A stretch of 64,000 bases of DNA, taken from positions 5,211 through 69,210 of the forward strand of contig CBDTXN010000001.1 of assembly GCA_965364455.1 (NCBI GenBank), written 5' to 3'. Below, piece by piece: positions 20,099 to 28,765 of the stretch. The notes beneath the pieces are model-generated. The model made no database searches. It was not told the DNA's origin and saw nothing but the letters and a program-made list of their open reading frames with translations. The stretch is from an uncultured Flavobacteriaceae bacterium. GTDB lineage: Bacteria > Bacteroidota > Bacteroidia > Flavobacteriales > Flavobacteriaceae. The position numbers and the translations under genes are program-made. Position 1 is the stretch's first letter, and each line of letters opens with the position of its first letter.

Positions 20099-20992
20099 TT
20101 AGGGTAAGATTGAATTTTTTGTACCTGCATCATCCAGGTTTTTCTCGTTTTTTTCAGAAATAATAAGCGCCGCAGCGCCTAGTATCGATATGTTATTGGT
20201 GTGTGCGGTTTGAATTACCAGTTTATCCAAAACCCTTTTAAATGGAAAACTTTCAAGAGATCGGTTCAGGTTTTTTTCGAAAAATTTAAAAGATCTGCTT
20301 ACTGATCCTCCCAGAAATACAGCTTCGGGAGAAAGAATATAAAGGATCAGCTTTATCGCGTGTGCCAGATGAACTCCAAACTCTTCCAGGATCTTCAATG
20401 CTTCTGCATCGCCCTTTTCGGCATTTTGAAAAACAATTGAGCCCGAAGTGCCATATTGCTCTCTAAAAAACTTGCCACTACAGTAATCTTCAATGGTCTT
20501 ATCTAAATAAGGTATGCTTCCAAGTTCGCCGGCGCTGGATAAATTACCCGAATACAACTTATTATTGGCGATTATTCCGGTTCCAAAACCGGTTCCCATG
20601 GCAATTCCCACCATATTACTGAATTTCTTCCCCGCTCCGTAGATCTTTTCTCCCAGGGCAAAAACATTCGCATCGTTCGTAATCCTTACAGGCACCTTGA
20701 AGTGATCTTCCAGGTATTTTTTGAGTTCTACCTTTTTCCAGGAAGAAATATTCAAAAGATCATAAACAATACCTCTTTTTTCATCTACCAGACCCGGAAC
20801 ACCTATACCTATACCTTCAAATTCATGTTTTCCAAGAGATTCTATCCTACTAATCAGATTCTTTATGATATCAACCTCTGATGAATTAGATAAGGTTGGG
20901 AATTTAATTTCCTGAGTCACCCTGTCGCCCTGAACAATACCAAGATGAATTTTGGTTGCACCAATATCAACACCTAAAATTTTCTTATCCAT
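20099..20992 (-). CDS. ROK-family sugar kinase (no HTH)
   Basis: GVDIGATK, GIGVPG, NDANVFALGE, GTGFGTG, AGELG, LGGSVS. Confidence 0.88.
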   Translation of the reverse strand: MDKKILGVDIGATKIHLGIVQGDRVTQEIKFPTLSNSSEVDIIKNLISRIESLGKHEFEGIGIGVPGLVDEKRGIVYDLLNISSWKKVELKKYLEDHFKVPVRITNDANVFALGEKIYGAGKKFSNMVGIAMGTGFGTGIIANNKLYSGNLSSAGELGSIPYLDKTIEDYCSGKFFREQYGTSGSIVFQNAEKGDAEALKILEEFGVHLAHAIKLILYILSPEAVFLGGSVSRSFKFFEKNLNRSLESFPFKRVLDKLVIQTAHTNNISILGAAALIISEKNEKNLDDAGTKNSILP

Positions 20993-21172
20993 TTGTTGAA
21001 TTTTGAATAGTATGAATCCAGGCTTCTTTATTAAAATAACAAAAGAGCTTTAACAAAGTATGTATATTTTTTTAATTTAAACAAGTACTTATATAAATTT
21101 TTTATAAAAGTTATTGAAATTATTAGAATTGCGAACAATTTAGAATTATTCTCTGAAGACATACAAATAAAC

Positions 21173-21180
21173 TATATTTG
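21173..21180 (+). promoter_or_regulatory. Bacteroidota sigma-A -7 element upstream of lepA
   Basis: TATATTTG matches TAnnTTTG. Exact matches also precede yebC (23346 +), rpiB (37691 -), the LysE gene (41126 +), tRNA-Cys (42003 -), folB (42414 -), glnS (43243 +), the YtxH gene (45037 +), the skp-like gene (55489 +), pgk (57746 +), tatA (61877 -) and the M23 gene (61989 +). Confidence 0.65.
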
Positions 21181-21232
21181 TAGACTTAATTCACCTGATT
21201 TTTAAAGGAGAAAAAGGACTCAAATTTTGGAG

Positions 21233-23029
21233 ATGAAGAATATTCGGAACTTTTGCATAATAGCACATATTGATCACGGAAAAAGTACACTGGCCGATCG
21301 TTTACTCGATTTTACCGGCGCTGTAACCGAAAGGGAAAAGCAGGAACAATTGCTGGATAGTATGGATCTGGAACGTGAACGAGGGATTACCATAAAATCT
21401 CACGCCATACAGATGGATTACATCCACGAAGGCGAAGAATTTGTTCTGAATCTTATCGATACTCCCGGTCACGTGGATTTTTCTTATGAAGTGTCCCGTT
21501 CTATCGCTGCCTGTGAAGGTGCTTTGCTGGTAGTTGATGCCGCTCAAAGCATTCAGGCGCAAACTATTTCCAATCTTTACCTGGCTCTTGAAAACGACCT
21601 GGAGATTATCCCGGTTCTAAATAAAGTAGATCTTCCAAGTGCAAACCCGGAAGAAGTAACCGACGATATTGTAGATCTTCTTGGTTGTGATCCTTCTGAA
21701 GTTATTCCTGCCAGTGCTAAAACAGGACTGGGAATCAAAGAAATTCTTGATGCGATAATTGATCGCATTCCGGCTCCAAGCGGAAAAGTAGATGCGCCAT
21801 TAAGAGCGCTGATATTTGACTCGGTATATAACCCATTCCGTGGAGTTGAAACATATTTCAGGGTGATCAATGGCTCTATCAAGAAAGGAGAGAAGATCAA
21901 ATTCGTTGCCACAGATAAGACTTATGATGCCGACGAAGTTGGTACACTTAGATTAAAGCAGTTCCCTAGAAAAGAAATAAAAACAGGCGATGTTGGATAC
22001 CTTATCACTGGTATTAAAGATGCCCGCGAAGTTAAAGTTGGTGATACCATTACTAGTGCAGAAAATCCAACTACTGAAGCTGTCGCCGGATTTGAGGATG
22101 TAAAACCAATGGTTTTCGCCGGAATTTATCCAGTAGATACCGAGGATTATGAGGAGTTGAGAGCTTCAATGGAGAAACTTCAGCTGAACGACGCTTCTCT
22201 GGTATTTACTCCTGAAAGTTCTGCAGCTCTTGGATTTGGTTTCCGTTGTGGATTCCTTGGAATGCTGCATCTTGAGATCATTCAGGAAAGACTGGAGCGT
22301 GAGTTCGATATGACCGTTATTACTACGGTTCCTAACGTATCCTATTACGCTTATACCAATAAAAATCCAGATGATCTTATCCTGGTAAATAACCCTTCAG
22401 ACCTTCCAGAACCGTCAACTTTAAATAGAGTAGAAGAACCCTTCATTAAAGCAACAATTATTACCAAGGCAGACTATGTTGGGAATGTTATGTCGCTTTG
22501 TATTGAAAAAAGGGGAGAGATCACCAATCAAACCTATTTAACGACTGAAAGAGTTGAATTAACTTTCGATATGCCATTGGCAGAGATCGTATTTGACTTT
22601 TATGACAGGCTAAAAACGGTTTCCAGAGGTTATGCTTCTTTCGATTATTCACCTATTGGAATGAGAGAATCAAAACTTGTAAAAGTGGATGTTCTTTTAA
22701 ACGCCAACAAAGTTGATGCACTTTCAGCTTTATTACACGTGGATAATGCCTATGATATTGGGAAGAAAATGTGTGAAAAGCTGAAGGAGCTTATCCCAAG
22801 ACAACAATTTGATATTCCTATCCAGGCAGCAATCGGGGCCAAGATAATCGCCAGAGAGACTGTGAAAGCTCTGCGAAAGGATGTTACCGCGAAATGTTAT
22901 GGTGGTGATATTTCCCGTAAGAGAAAGCTTCTGGAAAAGCAGAAAAAAGGTAAAAAACGTATGCGCCAGGTTGGTAACGTAGAGATTCCTCAGGAAGCAT
23001 TTATGGCCGTACTTAAGTTAAACGACTAG
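21233..23029 (+). CDS. lepA: Elongation factor 4
   Basis: [55 protein letters not shown]. Confidence 0.98.
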   Translation: MKNIRNFCIIAHIDHGKSTLADRLLDFTGAVTEREKQEQLLDSMDLERERGITIKSHAIQMDYIHEGEEFVLNLIDTPGHVDFSYEVSRSIAACEGALLVVDAAQSIQAQTISNLYLALENDLEIIPVLNKVDLPSANPEEVTDDIVDLLGCDPSEVIPASAKTGLGIKEILDAIIDRIPAPSGKVDAPLRALIFDSVYNPFRGVETYFRVINGSIKKGEKIKFVATDKTYDADEVGTLRLKQFPRKEIKTGDVGYLITGIKDAREVKVGDTITSAENPTTEAVAGFEDVKPMVFAGIYPVDTEDYEELRASMEKLQLNDASLVFTPESSAALGFGFRCGFLGMLHLEIIQERLEREFDMTVITTVPNVSYYAYTNKNPDDLILVNNPSDLPEPSTLNRVEEPFIKATIITKADYVGNVMSLCIEKRGEITNQTYLTTERVELTFDMPLAEIVFDFYDRLKTVSRGYASFDYSPIGMRESKLVKVDVLLNANKVDALSALLHVDNAYDIGKKMCEKLKELIPRQQFDIPIQAAIGAKIIARETVKALRKDVTAKCYGGDISRKRKLLEKQKKGKKRMRQVGNVEIPQEAFMAVLKLND

Positions 23030-23053
23030 TAATAGTTTTTTATAGCTTTAATC

Positions 23054-23148
23054 TGGGCGTTCCGCCTCCCATGGTCGGCGGCGGGCTATCCGTTCTAGTT
23101 TTTGGACGCTATGGCTTCCAAAAAGCTGCCACTCCTATCCCTAACGCA
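23054..23148 (+). ncRNA. Structured RNA/repeat element, resembles the Flavo-1 RNA motif
   Basis: GC-rich island with a closing stem GCGTT/AACGC, internal hairpins CCGCC..GGCGG and TTTTTGGA..TCCAAAAA, and segments GGGCTATCCG and CTATCCCT. The family assignment is from memory and was not checked. Confidence 0.5.
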
Positions 23149-23164
23149 AACTAAAAAAATAAAT

Positions 23165-23197
23165 AGACCTCACAGGTTTTTGAAACCTGTGAGGTCT
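23165..23197. repeat. Perfect 15-bp-arm palindrome (REP-like; may act as terminator)
   Basis: AGACCTCACAGGTTT-TTG-AAACCTGTGAGGTCT. Confidence 0.7.
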
Positions 23198-23412
23198 TTC
23201 CAATATTTCCCACCTGCCAATAAAAGTTATCGATAGATTCCATTAATCTGAAAATATCTAACAAATCGACCTATTTGCAATATCCTTAGTTCTTAAAGGA
23301 TAAACGCTGGATATGCTGCTTTATCTAATTTCCGTAACATTTTTTTAAATTTGGAAAACTTTAATTTGGTAGAAGATCTATCGACTATAATCAAAAGACA
23401 ATAGACTAAACA

Positions 23413-24177
23413 ATGGCCGGACATAGTAAATGGGCGAATATAAAGCATAGAAAAGGAGCACAGGACAAGAAAAGAGCAAAGCAGTTCACCAGGGCGATCA
23501 AGGAGATCACCGTAGCTGTAAAAGAAGGAGGAGGGCCAGATCCTGAAGCTAATCCGGGACTTAGAAATGCTATTTCTAATGCCAAGGGTGTAAACATGCC
23601 AAAGGACACCATAGAACGCGCTATAAAGAAGGCCAGCGGGGCAGATGCCGATAATTATGAAACCGTAACTTTTGAAGGTTATGGACCAAATGGAATTGCC
23701 ATTTTCGTAGAATGTACCACAGATAATACCAATAGAACGGTAGCTTCTGTAAGATCTATATTTTCCAAGAATGGCGGAAGTTTAGGAACCAATGGTTCTC
23801 TAGAGTTCCTATTCGACAGAAAAGGAGTTTTTGTTATCGAAAAGGAAAAGATAGAAATGGATCTTGAAGAATTCGAATTAGAGTTAATTGAAGGTGGTGC
23901 TTCTAAATTTGAAAAGGATGAAGAGTATCTAACTGTTTATACAGATTTCACAGATTTCGGGCTCATGTCCTCAAAACTTGAAGAGCTGGAAATAGAGCCT
24001 AAAAATTCAGAAGTGCAGCGTATTCCATTAAATACTCTCGAACTGCCCGTAGAAGACGCGAAAAAGATCCTGAACCTGGTTGAAAAATTCGAAGATGACG
24101 ACGATGTTCAAAATGTTTATCACAATCTTGAAATTACCGACGAATTGATAGAGGAAATGGAAAATGAGCAGGCTTAA
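23413..24177 (+). CDS. YebC/PmpR/TACO1 family protein
   Basis: MAGHSKWANIKHRKG, NMPKDTIERAIKK, EGYGP, TDNTNRT, DDDDVQNVYHN. Confidence 0.95.
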   Translation: MAGHSKWANIKHRKGAQDKKRAKQFTRAIKEITVAVKEGGGPDPEANPGLRNAISNAKGVNMPKDTIERAIKKASGADADNYETVTFEGYGPNGIAIFVECTTDNTNRTVASVRSIFSKNGGSLGTNGSLEFLFDRKGVFVIEKEKIEMDLEEFELELIEGGASKFEKDEEYLTVYTDFTDFGLMSSKLEELEIEPKNSEVQRIPLNTLELPVEDAKKILNLVEKFEDDDDVQNVYHNLEITDELIEEMENEQA

Positions 24178-26042
24178 TCCTGCTCTATATTTTCTTCAAT
24201 GTTTTCTTTCTCATCACTATCACCAGAATCCATCTGTTTACCTAGATAAACCAGCAAATATCCCTCTTCTATCTCCACTTCCATACTATTGGATGGAATG
24301 ATACTTAGCTCACCTTCAGTATTTTTAACGAATAGCGGGATAATATCGGGGTCTGTCTTACTTATTTCTATAAGACCTTCATAATGCTCCTTGGAATTCA
24401 GTTCCAACTCATGTATAGATGGATATTTTCTGGCAAGATTGGTAAGCTTGATATAATCGTCGGTTTGAGAGAACAGGCCTTCTTTTGGGTTGTTTTCAGG
24501 ATCATACATTTCGTCTGAAGAAACCACTCTAAAAGATCCATTTTCACCAAAATGTTTTCTGAATTTTTCAATGGCATTCGTATTGACCTCGGTATTTCCC
24601 GTTAGTGCCATCAGGTAACCCACGTCACTCAATTCGATATTATTTATAAGATCATCTGAATACACATTCTCCTGAATCGCATCCAGGCCAAGTTCCCTGG
24701 CTTTCCTAATATTAGCTCCATTGCTATCTACAAGTACTACGTGTCTCTTGTTCTTTTTCAGGTAAGAAGCGATAAGCCTTGAAATAGTGGAAGCTCCAAT
24801 GATAAGAATACCCTGGGAATTCTTTAAGAATACACCTACCAATTGGGCAAATAATCTTGCTGTAGTAGCATTAAGTAGCACCGTTCCCAGCACGATCATA
24901 AATACCAGCGGAGTAATATATTCAGCTCCTTCAACACCCTGGCTAGCTAACTCCAAACCAAATAGTGAAGCAATACCTGCTGCTACAATACCCCGTGGAC
25001 CAACCCAGCTAATAAATAACTTTTCATTTATCTTCAAAGATGAGTTTATACTACTCACGAATACTCCTAATGGCCTAATTACTAATACTACGGTGGCAAA
25101 TAGGATCAATGCTTTTATATCATAGACCAGCATCAGGTCTTCCATATTAATGTTCGCCGCCAGTAATATGAAAAGGATCGAGATCAATAATACACTGAGT
25201 GATTCCTTGAAATATAACAACTCTTTCAGGTTAGGAAGGTTGATGTTACCCATCACCATTCCCATAACTACTACGGCCAAAAGTCCGCTTTCATGAGCAA
25301 ACAGGTCTGCAAGTACAAATACACCCAGTACAGTGGCCAGGGTAAGTACGTTCAATAGATAATGGGGAATTACATTCTTCTTTATGGCAAAGGCCAGAGC
25401 ATGAGCAAAAGTGAATCCAAAGGTAAAGCCGAATAACACGATCTTACCGAATTCCAATAATGCAGTTTCGGTAAACTCTGTTCCTGTTCCAGCACTAATA
25501 AACTCAAACATCAATACGGCAACCAAAGCTCCTATAGGATCAATAAGAATTCCTTCCCATTTCAAAATAGCCGAAATATCCTTTTTCAAAGGTATATTCC
25601 GTAAAATAGGAGTAATAACGGTAGGCCCTGTAACGATAATTAATGCCGCAAAAAGAAAACTTATCTGCCAGCTTAGATCAAATATAAAATGAGCGGCGAT
25701 ACCGGCACCAAAGAAAGTTACGATCACCGCAACAGTGATCAATTTCAGGATTACCGGGCCAACATTAAGAATTTCGCCCTTTCTAAGGGTTAATCCTCCT
25801 TCAAAAAGAATAATACCAATAGCCAGTGATACGAAATAGAATAGGCTGTCGCCGGGAAATAATCCGGATTCACCATTCCAGATAGGTTCAATTAATTTAG
25901 ATCCGTCTCCTGTATAAAATGTAGATAAAGGGCCTACTGCCAGGCCTATTATAATTAGCGGAAGAATAGCCGGTATTTTGAACCGCCACGCCAACCACTG
26001 AGCTAAGATACCCAATATTACTATTCCTGCTAATTCTATCAT
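24174..26042 (-). CDS. CPA1/NhaP-type cation:proton antiporter with a C-terminal TrkA-N-like domain
   Basis: IILFEGGL, VTGPTVI, WEGILIDPIG, GPRGIVAA; soluble Rossmann-like tail (LIIGAS). Confidence 0.88.
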   Translation of the reverse strand: MIELAGIVILGILAQWLAWRFKIPAILPLIIIGLAVGPLSTFYTGDGSKLIEPIWNGESGLFPGDSLFYFVSLAIGIILFEGGLTLRKGEILNVGPVILKLITVAVIVTFFGAGIAAHFIFDLSWQISFLFAALIIVTGPTVITPILRNIPLKKDISAILKWEGILIDPIGALVAVLMFEFISAGTGTEFTETALLEFGKIVLFGFTFGFTFAHALAFAIKKNVIPHYLLNVLTLATVLGVFVLADLFAHESGLLAVVVMGMVMGNINLPNLKELLYFKESLSVLLISILFILLAANINMEDLMLVYDIKALILFATVVLVIRPLGVFVSSINSSLKINEKLFISWVGPRGIVAAGIASLFGLELASQGVEGAEYITPLVFMIVLGTVLLNATTARLFAQLVGVFLKNSQGILIIGASTISRLIASYLKKNKRHVVLVDSNGANIRKARELGLDAIQENVYSDDLINNIELSDVGYLMALTGNTEVNTNAIEKFRKHFGENGSFRVVSSDEMYDPENNPKEGLFSQTDDYIKLTNLARKYPSIHELELNSKEHYEGLIEISKTDPDIIPLFVKNTEGELSIIPSNSMEVEIEEGYLLVYLGKQMDSGDSDEKENIEENIEQD

Positions 26043-26206
26043 GTGTTCTTCGTTTACTTATAAAAGCTAAAAATATTAAAAATGTTTTATTCTGAAAGCT
26101 TATTGTATAAAGGCTTTCTATAAGTATCCTGTTAAATGAATTGAAAATTATTCCATAAGGCTTTAACTTTTTCTATTTTGCGGTGAATTTTTTAAAAACT
26201 GAAAAC

Positions 26207-27070
26207 ATGACCTTATATACCATAGAAGCAGGAAATTTCAAGCTTGATGGTGGAGCCATGTTTGGAGTTGTTCCCAAAAGTCTTTGGCCCCGCCCACATC
26301 CCGCCGATAAAAACAATATGATTGATATCGCGGCCCGCTGTCTTTTGATCGAGGATGGTGACCGTCTAACGTTGATCGATACTGGGCTGGGGGATAAGCA
26401 AAGTGAAAAATTCTTCAGTTATTACTTTCAATGGGGCGATCATAGTATTGATAAATCACTGAAAAAACATGGTTTTCATCGAGATGATATTACCGATGTT
26501 TTTCTAACACATTTACACTTCGACCATTGTGGAGGTAGTATTCAATGGAATAAAGATAAAACAGGCTATGAACCCGCCTTTAAAAATGCCCACTTTTGGA
26601 CGAATGAAGATCATTGGCAATGGGCTACCCAACCTAATGATCGTGAAAAAGCTTCTTTTCTAAAGGAAAATATCATCCCGATGGAGCAAAGTGGAAAATT
26701 GCACTTTATTGACAGAGAGGAAGGTAAAACCTTTTCAAACTATAAGGATCTTGGTTTTGGCGTATTATTTGTAGATGGACATACAGATAAACAAATGATT
26801 CCGCATATAGATTACAAAGGAAAAAAACTGGTCTTTATGGCAGATCTGCTTCCAACGGCTGGACATATTCCATTACCCTATGTTATGGGCTATGATACCA
26901 GGCCCTTACTAACCCTTCCGGAAAAGAAAAAATTTCTGGAAACAGCAGCAGATGAGAACTATTATCTTTTTATGGAGCATGATGCCCATAACGAAATATT
27001 AACCCTAAAACATACAGAGAAAGGCGTTAGACTTGATCAGGTTCACACTTTCGATGAAATTTTTAACTAA
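26207..27070 (+). CDS. MBL-fold metallo-hydrolase (YtnP-like)
   Basis: FKLDGGAMFGVVPK, THLHFDHCGG, GHT, ADL, EHD. Confidence 0.88.
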   Translation: MTLYTIEAGNFKLDGGAMFGVVPKSLWPRPHPADKNNMIDIAARCLLIEDGDRLTLIDTGLGDKQSEKFFSYYFQWGDHSIDKSLKKHGFHRDDITDVFLTHLHFDHCGGSIQWNKDKTGYEPAFKNAHFWTNEDHWQWATQPNDREKASFLKENIIPMEQSGKLHFIDREEGKTFSNYKDLGFGVLFVDGHTDKQMIPHIDYKGKKLVFMADLLPTAGHIPLPYVMGYDTRPLLTLPEKKKFLETAADENYYLFMEHDAHNEILTLKHTEKGVRLDQVHTFDEIFN

Positions 27071-27078
27071 AAGCAAAC

Positions 27079-28764
27079 ATGAGAATACCTTTTTTTAAAC
27101 CAATTCTATCCCTACTTGCTGCTGGTATAATTACAGGTTGTAGCAGTACGGCTCCAAAAATTGTATCAACACCGGTAAAGAATATTGATTCCATTCCCTT
27201 AAAAGTCAAGGATCTTTCTGACGATCAGCTAAAAGACTGGACCAATTCAGATCTTTTAACTGACACAATTCCCGGAATGAGCGTTAATAAGGCTTATGCC
27301 GAAATTATAAAGAAATCCAAGCCTTCTCCCGTGATCGTTGGAGTTGTTGACAGTGGAGTGGATATTGAACATGAAGACCTACAGGGTGTTATCTGGACAA
27401 ACTCAGATGAGATTCCAGGAAATGGAAAAGATGACGATAACAACGGTTATATAGATGATATCCACGGTTGGAATTTTCTAGGAGATGCCGTAGCTGAAAA
27501 CATGGAATACACCCGTATTTACAAAAGGCTTAAGCCAAAATACGAAGGTAAGTCTGAAAGCAGCATAAGCGTAGCAGATCGTGAAGAATTCAATTATTAT
27601 AAATCTGCTAAGGCTGAATTTGAGAAGGAGTATAATGAATCTGTACAGACTCGTGATCAATACGTTCAGATAAAGCAGCAGCTTTCTGCAGCACACGATG
27701 CAGTCTCTGCAGAATTAGGAACAGAAGATTATACAAAAGAGCAACTGGCTGACTTTAGTCCTCAAACTCAGCAGTTAACTCAGTACAAATCAATGTTAAC
27801 CCAGATCCAGTATAATGTGAATGAAAATATTCCTGAAGCATTGAGTGAATTGGATGAGGCATTGGAATACTACAATGACAGGCTTTCATCACATTTTAAT
27901 TTAGAACTAGACGGACGTGCTGTAGTGGGAGATGATCCTTATGATATTACAGATACAGATTATGGTAATAACCAGGTCTCTGGTCCTGAACCGGATAAGG
28001 AAAATGTAAAACACGGAACTCACGTTGCCGGAATTATTGCTGCCGACAGAACGAATGATATTGGAACAAAAGGAGTTGCAAGTAATGCTAGAATTTTGGT
28101 TGTAAGAGCAGTTCCAGATGGTGACGAATACGATAAGGATATTGCACTGGGTATAAGATATGCTGTAGACAATGGCGCCAAGGTAATAAATACCAGCTTT
28201 GGAAAGTACTTTTCTCCTAATCCTGAGTGGGTAATTGATGCTATTAAATATGCAGCTGCAAACGATGTACTAATCGTGAATGCGGCAGGAAACGAAGGTC
28301 TAGACCTTGACCAGAAGAAAGTTTATCCAAACGATCAGGATCCTTCAAATACTTCTGAAGTTGCAGATAACTTCCTAACCGTAGGTTCTCTTAATTACGA
28401 ATATGGTGCCGGTTTGGTATCAGATTTCTCAAACTACGGAAAGTCTAATGTTGACGTGTTTGCCCCGGGAACTAAAATATGGTCTACCACACCAAATGAT
28501 GAATATGAGTACTTACAGGGAACTTCTATGGCCTCTCCGGCTGTAGCAGGAATTGCAGCATTAATTAGAGGTTATTACCCTCAACTTAGCGCAGCACAGG
28601 TTAAGCAGATCATTATGGATAGTGGATTAACTACCAATGCTACCGTAATGTTAGGCGGTGATAGAAGTAACACCAAGAAATTTCAAAGTTTGTCCACTTC
28701 AGGTAAGATGGCCAACTTATATAACGCACTAATTTTAGCAGACCAAATCGCGAAAAACAATTAA
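27079..28764 (+). CDS. S8 subtilisin-like serine peptidase, lipoprotein
   Basis: Catalytic triad motifs VVDSG, HGTHVAGII, GTSMASP; NAAGN; lipobox ITGC. Confidence 0.92.
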   Translation: MRIPFFKPILSLLAAGIITGCSSTAPKIVSTPVKNIDSIPLKVKDLSDDQLKDWTNSDLLTDTIPGMSVNKAYAEIIKKSKPSPVIVGVVDSGVDIEHEDLQGVIWTNSDEIPGNGKDDDNNGYIDDIHGWNFLGDAVAENMEYTRIYKRLKPKYEGKSESSISVADREEFNYYKSAKAEFEKEYNESVQTRDQYVQIKQQLSAAHDAVSAELGTEDYTKEQLADFSPQTQQLTQYKSMLTQIQYNVNENIPEALSELDEALEYYNDRLSSHFNLELDGRAVVGDDPYDITDTDYGNNQVSGPEPDKENVKHGTHVAGIIAADRTNDIGTKGVASNARILVVRAVPDGDEYDKDIALGIRYAVDNGAKVINTSFGKYFSPNPEWVIDAIKYAAANDVLIVNAAGNEGLDLDQKKVYPNDQDPSNTSEVADNFLTVGSLNYEYGAGLVSDFSNYGKSNVDVFAPGTKIWSTTPNDEYEYLQGTSMASPAVAGIAALIRGYYPQLSAAQVKQIIMDSGLTTNATVMLGGDRSNTKKFQSLSTSGKMANLYNALILADQIAKNN

Positions 28765-28765
28765 A

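Noticed and set aside
23040-23200. Palindromes as a CRISPR remnant
   Set aside because: No repeated unit with spacers, and no cas genes.
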